In this document: piece by piece, positions 37,716-50,600 of the stretch | Numbering within the stretch: the stretch's first letter is position 1 | Layout of the letters: every line of letters starts with the position of its first letter | Origin: Styela clava | Lineage: Eukaryota | Direction of reading: 5' to 3' | NCBI RefSeq assembly: GCF_964204865.1 | Contig: NC_135250.1 | Coordinates: 248,001-312,000 of the forward strand | DNA length: 64,000 nt | Made by a program: the position numbers and the translations under genes | The notes under the pieces: model-generated | Seen by the model: only the letters and a program-made list of their open reading frames with translations | The model's database searches: none | Told to the model about the DNA's origin: nothing

Positions 37716-40700
37716 TCTTATCATTACGGTTTCCACAATTCACGATTCTCTCTCCTCTGGCATTGTGAGCGCATGTTCTGTAGCAATTTATCTTGTGGCT
37801 TGGAGCTCTACCTAGACCGGGTTCGAAAACATTGACTCCTTCCACATCCATGTAGTAATGCGCAACTTCTGCTGTTGAATAAGGGCAACGTTCATCTTCC
37901 TATAAAAACAATGTCAAAAGAATTATAGTTGAAAGAATTGATACAGAAAAATCCTTTCACAAGAAACAACAGCATTTATGCTTCAAGATAGAAAAGTAAT
38001 TTCTAAATAAAAACTTTGAAGCAGTTGCTTTCTATCTTTGGCTACTGAAATTGTGAAATCAATGGGTGGGTAGTTGAGAGAAAAGACAAACCAACAATAA
38101 CAGCGCAAGTAACAATAACCAAAGCAAATCACTTTTAAAGAAATATCACGTACCGTGTATTCATCAAAATCGTAGGAACATTTTTTTAATAAATTCTTCT
38201 TCGGCTGGCATTGAATCATACCCTCCCAGTGACCGTTTTCACAGGTTAAATTTTTGCTGAAAACAAGAAAATATTCTATTCAATATTTTCTCTCAAATGT
38301 TCTATTCACACTCCAGTGACGTCATATTTGATGACGTAATTTTCGTTTATTTTTAATCGGGTTCGGCTTTCGCTTTGGAAGTATGTACCTTATGTGAGGT
38401 CGCGTAAGATTACAGAACCACTAGGTACACCACTGTACAAGCTGTTGAGCGAGCTATGTCATTATATATGTTTTTTTAAATACGGATTTAGATATTTTAT
38501 TTACGGGGGCCATGAAATATTGTACCGACACAAGTAATAAAAAAAAGGTAACAATAATATCAATTGAAATAAAGAGACTACCAGAGTCGGCAGATAACGT
38601 CAAACAAACGTCAAATAGAATCAACTAAATATTTTTCAACAAAATCGAGAATACAACAAATCAAATCGAGAGAGTCAGGAGATTAGTGATTAGATAAGTT
38701 AGTTGATCTTAGATAGTTAGTTATATTAGTTAGTTTAGCAAACAGAAGGGGAATTCCCAGCAACTGCCAAAGGAAAAATATAAAAATATTTGGAGTTTTG
38801 GTACGTCAACAATCTGTGCTCATTCACGCCTCTTACTCCAAACAAGCCGCCAACTTTATCTAACAATATGTAACGGGTTACTGGTATGTGGAGGGACCGA
38901 AATCTTCTCGGTCCGCAATGCCTACCTAATTTATTGAACCCGTGGGGCATGGAATTTGAACCCGATATGTTTAACCTACAATGCCAACACAGCTAACGGC
39001 CGTCGTTCCGCCTGTTCACATCAGCGTACAAAGCCAGGTCTCTCTCGATATAGACAAGCAAAGACCAACTATAGCACGACAACGTAACATCAGATATGAG
39101 AATTCAACTTCCAGATATCAATCCAAACAGGGTCTTTGAACTCCAGAGAGCTAATGCAATCCCCAAAAATAAGCACTAGTGGTATTTTTTGAAAGAAAAT
39201 TGAAATAAGACCCTGTCTTATATTCGGGGAAACACGGTACTGCATACCTGTACTGCTGATAGATGTCAGAGCATTGAAGCGTGACGTCACATTGTGAAGC
39301 AACAGGGCTTAAATCATCCGAATCGCACTCAACTCTCAATTCATTGCTGTAGGTGTTATGAATATCCTCCTTGTGGCAAGACGTAGGCGAGCTGTCCGAA
39401 AAACCTGTTGAGAAGAAATAATAGTGTATCTAAGTATATGTCCACAGTAGGGCACAAACTTGCAGTAGTCTTTCTACTTTTAGTGTTGAGGGAACCGGGC
39501 TTTGAGCAAACTTGCAGCTTGAAAGCTTTGGGCCATTCTCAGATGAAGCTTGTTTTTGGTGCATCCGGGGCATTTCCAATTATACCGTCAGTAATCTTTT
39601 TTCACTTTTAGTTGAGGGCTCGTGACCTTACTTTAAGCAAAGTTCTGCAAAGAAAATAGGCTTACTAACTTGTGTAATGAGCAACAACTGTTCCTGCTCC
39701 CTTCTTTATAATGATCAGCTTCCTGGTCTGCGTTTCCATGACGATAGGAAGAATTGCTTTTGTTGGCGATCCATCCCTGAAATAGAGTTGCTGTATAATA
39801 ACTTCCTTTCAAGTGTAATTCGCAAAGCCGCTCATACGTGTAGTTGGGATCGGAATAACACAGGCAGATTATCTAGATATCAGTAATTTATTTTTCCACC
39901 AATGCTGAAAATGTGTACCGTACAAATATGATGTGGATCAGAATAAGGGTGGAGGGAGATGTGAACAAAATCAACACTGGTTATTGAGCAGCGACACCAT
40001 AGATGAGGTCTAACACAGCTTGAAAAAAAATAGGAAGGTTAAAATAGATAGCGGCAATATGAATGTAGCAAACATGTTACTCGGATCTAGTGTTTTCTAA
40101 TGTATCCTTACCCGTTGGTAGGGTCCAAGAGGTTCGCGCTTACACGTTCTTGTATTTGTTTTATGTCAGTTGACTACAGTGAAAGCAAAACTTGCACAGC
40201 TGCCGATGACTTTCGTCATATTAGTCGTTTCGGAACTTATGTATTAGATTCATGTAAAGCGTGCTATGTTAATGTAGTAATGCAGCTTACTCAGCGCCAT
40301 ACATGCGTTTTTTGAATTGTTAGTGAGTTCGATACAAAATATGGAATCCAATCCCTGCCTTTATCGATTAATTCTCATCGGCTTTAGGTCGCTTCAAAAT
40401 TAACACTGAGCTTTGATTTATTGGACTCGAAGTGGGCCTATGGATCGTTTTTTATTTTGTTGTTGTTGTTGTTCGAAATTTTCAGTGGTTAACAGTTGTT
40501 GTCGCTAAAAAGGTTTTCCTCTCATAAACTTCAAAAAATTTTGTGTGCTCTATGAGATTCGTTTTTTTTGTGCTATGATGTCACCAAATTGAAAAATTGC
40601 GTTCCTTGTGGCGGTTCTGCATTCGCATCAGTGATCTCGTGGTCCGACGAAATCGTGAACACTGGGCATGGGAAGCTACTGTGACAGACTGTATACCCGT

Positions 40701-42403
40701 GCTATTTCGTGTCGCTAAATTTGAGCTTTGCTCTATTATATTATTCTTACCTGTTCTGCATGTAGATGTACGACCCAAACTTCTTGTATAAGCGTTCTTC
40801 TCCAGATTTGCCGTCTCTTAGCTGAAAGATTTTGAAAAAATTTAAATTATCTGGAACATTAAAGTTGATATATTCTAGAACCCCTCCTTTTCTCATATAA
40901 AACCTATTTTCAGCTTCTACACCAAATTTACTTTTTTTTAACTTCAATCGAAGGAATAAAGAGTTCTTTTGTGCTCAGTAAAAAGGAGATTCCTATTTAG
41001 GAAATAAATCTAATTTCGAAATTTAATTCAACATGACAAACCGACCCTAATTGATCAATTTCGGATGCTCACCATGATTCTTATAATTACTACTCCAGTT
41101 CTGCGTTTAAAAAATAATAGGGGTGTGTATTAGGTATTTAGAAAAATTGAATTCACTACAAATTCCGTCGTTTTACCATTGCCCTGAACAATATATTCTA
41201 GATTCATTGGAACCTATCATGGCGTGGATTCATTTCTAATAGAGCAGAAGCGGAAATTGTATTTGACAGCCAGTTGTATTATGTAATTGTACTATCTTTT
41301 TTTTCGGATTTTCGAGGTGAAGTTTGAGTCAAAACTTATTTAAATGGCATTCTATGTCGGAGTCGTGTTTTAAATATCTCAAGAGTTGTTGTCAAAGTCT
41401 ATGCTCCGAAACAGGTAGTCGCGCCGTCATTAACATGCGCTTTTAAACTGATGTCATTCCAGCACTTGGGACACGCGGATTTACGGTTGAAATACTCACC
41501 TTCAGAGAAGCTCCTGATCCAAGTGTCACGTCCGTGAGTGAAACAATGATTTTCATTCCTTTTTCCATTATTATCTTGTTCGTTTCTGAGTTTGCCGTAA
41601 TACCTATGTCACCGGTGGCTGCTTTGTACACTTAAAAATAAAAATTCGTATAATATCACCACCAATACTAGGGGACGACAAATTGGGGTCACCGAAGTGT
41701 TTCATTTCTGCTGAAATTACGAATATAGTTTTTATGGATATCAATTTCCGTTGAGAATATCGATTAGGAAACGTCATAATAAACCCGATTGTTACATTGT
41801 GTTTCTTATCATTATATAAACGTTAGTCTAGCTGTTGGGAATAAACCGTTTTTATTCATACTTTTATATATTGAGTTTGATTCTCTGGCCCAGTAACCAA
41901 GTCTCTTATATGTAATGGACCCACTCAGAAAAGTAATTGCTCACCCCTGGCCAATACTCTCCCGACAGATTTGCGCGCGGCAAGATTAAACAGACACCTC
42001 AAAAGTACATAAGACTGATCTCTGGGCAGAGTTGACAGGAGATAATACCGATTAATGATATTTTTTAACCGATACCGATATTTTTTAATTTTTTTTTCAA
42101 CCGACCAATCGTTGAAGCCGATCTTTCAAATTTTCCCCAAATCCGCCGCCCTGTATCACATACTAGGTTGGACGGTCTATCAGGATGCCAAAGGAAAATG
42201 TACGGACACACATACATCAAAATTAACAATTATGAAACTTAGTCTAGGTGTCAAACAAAGCGGCGTGGTTATCCGGTTATTCCCTAATATTTCAACCACT
42301 ATTCTGTATTTGAACTTGAATAATAATGACACTCACCTTCGGCTTGGCAGTTGAAAACGCCAAGTATAATAAATAAAGCAATAATCTTCCAGTGACAAGC
42401 CAT
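37716..42403 (-). CDS. Secreted protein with degenerate CUB-like and sushi(CCP)-like segments; model incomplete, possibly a pseudogene
   Basis: GT-AG exons 42403-42337 (signal peptide MACHWKIIALFIILGVFNCQAE), 41630-41500, 40821-40751 (LK|LRDGKS, CUB-like), ~39404-39248 (Cys-spaced), 38256-38222 (LTCENGHWE, sushi-like), ~37895-37716. Phases across 40750-39405 could not be reconciled. A possible last exon lies at ~35220-35127 with AATAAA. Confidence 0.5.
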
Positions 42404-44454
42404 TTTATTTACTATTATTTTTCACTGAGAAAATAAACAGAATAAAAAATAAAGATCAAAATTGTATCGTCCAAGTAAATGTGGGCAATGCGATCAGGAA
42501 AACAGCGCGAAGCAAATTTCGAACGCACTCGTCTTTACCGATCATAACTAAATGTAAGACTACTCGTTCAGCTGGTTTATACATCAGGTATCGACGATTT
42601 CCGGCAATTGAAACTCAGGGAAATTTCCATAAGTTAGCAAGTCGTATCGGGTGACGTCATTTTCTGACGCAATTAGAACGTCTTCAAAGTTTCGAGTCGG
42701 TTTTGGAAAATTTATTGCACACATATGTAATTTTATATTAAATCTAATTTGCAAATTCATCGCAGACTTGCGCTTAATATTTTCAAACTGTCATTTAGCA
42801 TTTACATCCAAGCATCATCGACATGTAAGCTACCGTAATTGGAAATAACTGGAAATTTTTCGATTCGCCATTGACTGCACGAGAAAACTCCCTGTTCTTC
42901 CTAGTTCTATTGCTTGATAAGATTATTTTGGAGGATGTTTTCACTTGTTGAGCTTGAATTGTTTGAACATAATGGATTTGGAATCTACCAATCAAAATAA
43001 CACTATAAATATCAATTGAATGATAAACAAGGGCTACCACGAGTTATAAAAGGTTAAGAACCACTGGCCTAGAGTATTGCTGCACCCTGGATGAAAACCC
43101 ATTGGTCAGATCCAGCCTAACGTGTCTACATTTTATTTTACAGTGCCGCCCATTTTTTTCAACTCAAATCTACTTTGTTTATTCACGAAGTATAGAAAGC
43201 CCAAGTGTGATTGCGAACTGTGTTGCTAGTAATTACCCTGCTCCTGTTGCCATTAAAACATCCTTTTTGATGAGTTTAATTTCTCAAATAAAGAGCACTA
43301 ACACGACTTGATAAATCATTTCTTTCATTCACTTTTATCCATGCTCAGACACCAACAAGCATAGAAATATGTAAAAATGCAGGAATAGGGAGTGGGGTAT
43401 GCATGGCACAAACTTAACAGAAAACAACAGAATTAAATTTAAAGCTTTTTAAACTGCCAGAAGTATTTCCGCAATCGTATGACGAACCGGAAAATTTCAA
43501 AGTAAACAGAAAACATTCATTCAAAACTTAAACGTAATGTTCAGAGTGCACTTCTATAAATAATCAGTCAAATCTAATATCAGTTCACAGCTTTTTTGAT
43601 ATAATTCGAATTGCCACGCTTACTCGTTCAAAAGTAAAGAAGATTCATCTCTGATCAAAGTTACAACTGGAATGCCAATAATGACTGAAACTATAGATAT
43701 ATTTATTTTGGTGAATAACGCGTCAATAAAACGCCATTTAAGATAGGATTATATATTTATCCGGGGGAAGACGTCTATCGTTCGGTCACCAATCCATGTC
43801 GGTTATAGGAATAGTCAGCCTGTCATTTATTTCGGATGCATGGACTTCATGGTGGAGGAAGCATTTGGCGCAAGATATGAAGCATTTCAAGTCTATACGG
43901 TTACAAAGTAATTATTTGAACTGCACAACTGAAGTTCTAGAAAACACTTCGGTATCACACATTACTAGAAACAACTCCTATCGCTTTTATTCGACGCAAT
44001 CGTAATTTTTGAGAGGTTGAATTTTTACAAAGTAATAAAGTAAAAGGTAATGTTTAGATCTAAAACGTCATACAAAAATTAAAAACATAAGATTGAATGT
44101 GGTGAATACATGACATCCTCCTAACAGTGAATCAGCTGCTGAAAACCGCAAAATTTGAGCTTCTTTTTCAAATGGAACCTCGTTTCCTTAAGCACGAATT
44201 TGAATAACCGTCAAATTATAAATATAAGATCCGATGGATTCAGAACCTGATAAAAGTTTTTTTTCTTGAAATTCTCAATAAACGCTTCTATACTGAGCTG
44301 TTTTACCTAAGCACAATTTCAATTTTAACTCCGGTATTCTGATTCATAAATCTGTTTTTTGTTTATTTATTCTTTTATCTCGAACACGATTTCAAATCCC
44401 AACTTTATATAATCACTAACTATCTGTGACACCCTTTAAAAATCGATGAAATAA

Positions 44455-44552
44455 GTTCGAATATTCCAAGTCGATGCAATAGGTTTGAATATTCTAATTC
44501 GCTGCAGTAGGTTTAAATATTCTAATTCGCTGCAGTAGGTTCGAATATTCTC
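44455..44552. repeat. ~29-bp tandem repeat in the 3' UTR region of the fibrillin-like gene
   Basis: AATATTCTAATTCGCTGCAGTAGGTT repeated, with degenerate flanking units. Confidence 0.7.
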
Positions 44553-44681
44553 ATTGGAGTTTTATCAACTATTTTACCTCAAACACAGATTCAAATTTGG
44601 ATTCAAAATTTCTTTAATTGCTAAATATAGAATATCATATTTGATAGATCGTAATTCGATAATACTTTTGAAATTGTTCAT

Positions 44682-47600
44682 TTACTCTTCAATATGAAAC
44701 ACAATTTCGATTTTGAATTTGTTTTTCATTGTTGCTTCCATCTCTTGAATACCAAGGCTCGCTTTCTTTGCCGCCTTTCTTCCGATTTTAGGTTTCACTT
44801 TGAGTTTGATGTTGTATTTCCCTGGTTTTATATCTTCCCTATAATGAATAGAATGAACGCCATCTTGTTTTTTAATCCTGAACATTCTGCCTTTGTTTCC
44901 TCCGAAGATTTTGTACAATGTGTGATCCTTCAATGTCTGGATAGCTGGGATAAGTTGGATTAATTGTTGGCGTTGGTTCAGGTTTTGTAGGCTGAGATGC
45001 ATAATGATTGGAACAGATGTATTAACTGGTGGACGGTTCTCATCATCCCCGCTTATCATTTCCATTTGTGCTGACTCAGTGGAATTAAGTGGATCGCAGT
45101 CGTAGCATTGCCCGGTTGGTTGCTGGAATCCACTGATAACTTTTATGCATTGACTGAAAAACGAAGAACTGTGTCAAGTACGGAGAATGAGATTTGTTTT
45201 CGGTGCATGGGATATCACGCTTCTAAACTTTGTTGATGAAATAAACTCTAAGAGAGGTGATGCGAACTCACTCAAAAGTAAAGGAGACTCGACTCTGAGC
45301 AAAGTTACGGGCGACCAATGAAATGCCAGGAGCTACTGAAACTGCGGTAAATAAAATTGTGGTGATGCATTACTCCCTTAAAACGAAAAAAAAATTCATT
45401 TCTGAGAAAAGTTACAGACTCTCACTCAGAAGCAACGGGGACTCATCTCTGAGTAAAGTTACGGGCACTCACTCAGAACTAACGGGGACTCATCTCTGAG
45501 TAAAGTTACGGGCACTCACTCAGATTTAACGGGGACTCATCTCTGAGTAAAGTTACAGTGCAATGAAAATATGATGGTGCAATGTGCGTTAATAAATGCT
45601 GGTCAATACGAAACTAGAAGAAGTTCAAGACAATACGAATAGAGAAACAGTTATGATCTGATTTTATACTTGTAGTATTGGGCAGAAGTGCTTAAATAAA
45701 AAGGCAAGTATGGCAATCCACCCACCTTCCACCTAGACCGAAGTATCCTCTCGGGCATCCACATTTGAATTCACCATATGAATTCTGACATTGATAAGAG
45801 CAAGGATTGTTCTGGAATCTGCATTCATCGATGTCTCCACATCCTCTACCTCCCATCATTGCGAAGCCCCTGAATGAAAGTGTGTAGGTAATCTAACTGA
45901 GGTAGAAGGTACTCATGTTTTTCAATCAATAAGAATCACAATCTGCGATCTTTCGGGCATTCGACAAATACATTATAATAAGAATAACATAATCTCTTGC
46001 CACTTACTTCTTAACACAAAACAATACATAACTTAATCATACAGACTTGATTTTGACATAAGTAAAACCACATATCCTTTATCTAATTTTAATAAAAATC
46101 ACAAGTGTGTGTTTGACTGCTGCATTGATTGCATGTGACATCAGAATAATTCGGAGAACATCACATTATGATACTGATAAATCACATAAAATGTGATGAC
46201 CTTGGCAATATATAACACATAAAAATATCTGACTTTATCTTTGATATTAATCCATACACATGAACATATGAAACTTCGTATGTGACCTAAAAGAAAGCAC
46301 ATAGAAATACATTTACCTATCGTTTGACCTTGGTTAAAATCACATAAACATTTAAGACCTTGCATGTTAACACATACAGTACAGCACACAATATAGTACT
46401 TTTGTGTGACATTGAAAAGATCACATAACACATAAAAGACATTGCATATCTCTTGATCAGACACATGCACTTAATGTGGGACCCTAATCAAAATCACATA
46501 AGACATTAAATGTGGTATTGAACAAGACACATGTAATTTATATGTGATCTTAAGCAGAGTCATATGAAAAATACACAACTCTAATTCTACATCCATTCGG
46601 ATTTGACAATACTTTACACAATATCTATCTACCTTCCGCATCCATCCCCAGTGCATCCGTATTGCCCTTCAGTAGTAGGAACACATCGATCGCCAGTTTT
46701 GCAAGGGTTTGCTCTGCAGTCGTTGATGTCTATGTATAAAGAATCAGCTATAGTATAAATATTGGCATTATGGTCTGGCAACATTTCCCAACACATTTCG
46801 GAATCATTTCCGAGAGCACAGTATGATCGTATGACATTCTGGGTATCCCACTGAAGATTTTGTTTTCTAGAGCACCCTGTATTTTCAAATCCGACATGGC
46901 ATGGCAACGGGGCACGAAGACGTGGTTGCTCATTCTAACAACACAGCAATGAAATGAATATGCGGTTTCAAGTGATAATATGTGTATGATTATGTTGGTA
47001 AGCCAATAATTACCTGTTGTCTCAGGTTTTCCGCCTGTACTTCCGGTTTTGCCAAGCGGGCAAAGTTTATCGAATTCTGCAGTTCCTTCTACCGGGCATC
47101 CTCCACATGCATTGGAGTCATGACGCCAGCCTTGTCCCACGGTGCAGCAACAATCAGGCTTTTGCATAACGGCACCGAAAGTTGGGTTGCTACATTCGTT
47201 TGTGCTCTCTTCAAAATTGTGAAAGCAAGTTCCAACACGAAGATCTGAAAATAAAAGTATACAAGTTTTCGACTTGCAGATTTGCTGGGTTTGTCTGAGA
47301 AACCATTGTGGCTTAGACATTCCCATCGTTACACCTCACCCAAGTTTCGGAAAAAGAGAAAAATGCTAAAGCATATGGCCCAGGTTGGTCAACTGCCTGA
47401 TTTTGTTAAATAAACTTCCATCTAAAAATGTTCTTACCTTGACAGACAGTCCCCGTCTTATCCAATGTAAGATGTTCTGGGCAGACAGGATCAAAATGGC
47501 CGTGAGAAACTGAGATTTCAAAGCAGGTATCGGTAGCAACATCGTACGTGAATCCTTCCGGGCAGCTCAGTTCTGCAAATAAAATGAAGTATAGGATTGT

Positions 47601-50600
47601 GGGACCTCCTGAAGTATACGCTCTAAGATGGCGCACAACCTGAATTCAGGTTGTGTACCAGGTTAGGGTTCAGGTTATGCGACATCTTGGTGCGCATACT
47701 TCAGGAGTACCGGATTGTGGATGAATTATAGGATTTTCATATTTACCACAGGAAGGAGTCCGGTGAGACGGCCTGATCATATGACAAATCCCAGTAACAA
47801 ATTCATTCAATACAACATGTAACAAATCCATATAAGGCAGGGTTTCCCAAACTGTTGTCCGCGGACCCCTGTGCAGGCATTACTGACTGCTCCCATGTGG
47901 TACATAGGAAAAATCTATTCGTTGGTAGGTGGCGAAAATGCTGCCTTACACATGTAAATCATTTCCCAACCTGGCGTCCGTCCCAATGTTTGTAATGACT
48001 GTACTAGGGGGTCTGCAACAATGTGGAAAGGGTCTGATTGATCTTTATTAATTGATTCGAAGCCATTGCATTTATTTGGTTTAGCGTTGCAAACAAATAT
48101 CCATTGCTGTCAGAAAAGACAATCAAAATTGTATTGCCTTTTGCAACAACCTTCATGTGTGAGGCAGCATTTTCAGCACTTACAATGATGATGACAAAAT
48201 ACAGGTCAATACTTGCTGTAGAGTCGGACCTGATGTAGGTTATGGAAATAGTTACTTATTTCAGATACATGGAGTTGAGAGTGGAGCATGTTACTATTTT
48301 CACAGAGCTTCCATGAAGAATAGCTCTTACTTATGGCTTGACCAGGGCTTTGGAACCGAAGTAAACTCATAACCGACTCTCGACTTCGAGCAGAAAATAC
48401 AGGGTGGTATCAAACTCCTATTCCAGCTCCGAACTCTATAAAAATCCAATACACAATCTCGACTAAATGAAGTTTGAATACACGGCTTTTTCTCATCGTT
48501 GTAGTGCTGTCTTTGTTCGACTTGTAACGAGTATTTTTGCACACTTTGCATCATGATTATGACATCATCAATTACGTATGTGTCATCTCAATTAACTTAT
48601 ACATTTTATTTCAATATAAGAATTTTCTTAATTACAGTATTTTATTTCTCACGCATTATAACTATGACTTCATCGATTACGTATACGTCATCTCAATGAA
48701 CTTACCAACCACAATGCATGGGCTGCAGCTTTCGTTTCCCCAGGCGGCACCACCAAGGGAGTTACAACAATCCTCGCCTGTTGTTATTCTGAAGCTATCT
48801 GAGCAAGTATCGTTCTCGTATGATTTCCAACATTTTTGCAGCAGGGCTAAAATATAATTGAAAAGTTATCGTCAGTGATATGACTATCCCTCAGAAAAGC
48901 CCTCCTTTGCCTGTTTCAGAATATTGTGTATTTAACTTGGGTTATGTAGTAACCCTTCATTTTCGTTTGAACGGATTCGAATAATGTTTGATCTCATACC
49001 CACGCCCTATTCCAACAAAACGTCCTGTATTACGGAAACTTCTGAGTTAAAATCATGAACAAACGAAAGTTCAAGTGTAAATAAACAAACTATGCCATAT
49101 TCATAAAAGTGATCAATAGTTTTATAGATTCTGTTAACAAGTGTCGTCATCAACATTCTGTCCAAATAGGATAACTTGGTTCTAATACTATTTCTTTAAC
49201 TGACCAATGAGAGCACAGTATGATTGTATGGCATTGTGGGTAACCCACTGGAGATTCTGTTTTCTAGATCACCCTGTATTTTCAAATCCGACATGGCATG
49301 GCAACGGGACACAAAGACGTGGTTGCTCATTCTAACAACACAGCAATGAAATGAATATGCGGTTTCAAGTGATAACAGATGTAAGATTATGTTGGTAAGC
49401 CAATAATTACCTGTTGTCTCAGGTTTTCCGCCTGTACTTCCGGTTTTGCCAAGTGGGCAAAGTTTATCGAATTCTGCAGTTCCTACTAGCGGGCATCCTT
49501 CACATGGGTTAGAGTCATGACGCCAGCCTTGTCCCACGGTGCAGCAACAATCAGGCTTTTGCATAACGGCACCGAAAGTTGGGTTGCTACATTCGTTTGT
49601 GCTCTCTTCGAAATTGTGAAAGCAAGTTCCAACACGAAGATCTGAAAATAAAAGTATGCAAGTTTTTGACTTGCAGATTTGCTGGGTTTGTCTGAGAAAC
49701 CATTGTGGCTTAGACATTCCCATCGTTACTCCTCACCCAAGTTTCGGAAAAAGAGAAAAATGCTAAAGCATATGGCCCAAGTTGGTCAACTGCCTGATTT
49801 TGTTAAATAAACTTCCATCTAAAAATGTTCTTACCTTGACAAACAGTCCCCGTCTTATCCAATGTAAGATGTTCTGGGCAGACAGGATCAAAATGGCCGT
49901 GAGAAACTGAGATTTCAAAGCAGGTATCGGTAGCAACATCGTACGTGAATCCTTCCGGGCAGCTCAGTTCTGCGAATAAAATGAAGTATAGGATTTGTAA
50001 CAAATTAACCAATAATTTGGATAATGGAAGTCAAATTCTATATAATAATTGACGTAATCGAAATATTGAAGAGATCTTTCTAGTCTTTCTCGTGTATGAG
50101 AAAATGGATATTTTCCCATGTCGGGTGACCCATAAACAACCGAAATATTGAAGAGATCTTTCTAGATCATTCGAAATATTGAGTCTAGATCTTTCTCGTG
50201 TATGGGGAAAATAGATATTTCCCATGTCAGGTAACCTATAAACAAGTGTAATTATTGTAAGAAGGGTACCGAACATTCTAGATATGAGCAAAAATTGCTC
50301 CGTGGGAAACGAGATTTTTGGATAATAAAGAAAGGTACCGTTTTTGGCGAGCGAGATGAAAAAGATGTTACCGTTTAAATAGACATTTGATCGTGGTTTT
50401 CACGGCTTTTTCTATTTCAATTCGTTCGATACAACAATGCTAATTCATCACCGACTTGGTTTTCACGGCTTTTCTGTTTCAATTCGTTCTATACAACAAT
50501 GCTGATTCATCACCGACTTGGTTTTCACGATTGTGAGTGTGTTTTATTGTAAGTAAATTTATTGTGATAATTATCCGTGGAAATAAAAATCTTTACAGGC

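Noticed and set aside
46100-46620. ORFs 46141-46470 and 46471-46656
   Set aside because: Intronic low-complexity CACATA/TATGTG-rich degenerate repeat, not coding-like.
50031-50291. 86-aa antisense ORF duplicated at 56922-57182
   Set aside because: Lies within the LTR tandem repeats; duplicated only because the LTRs are.
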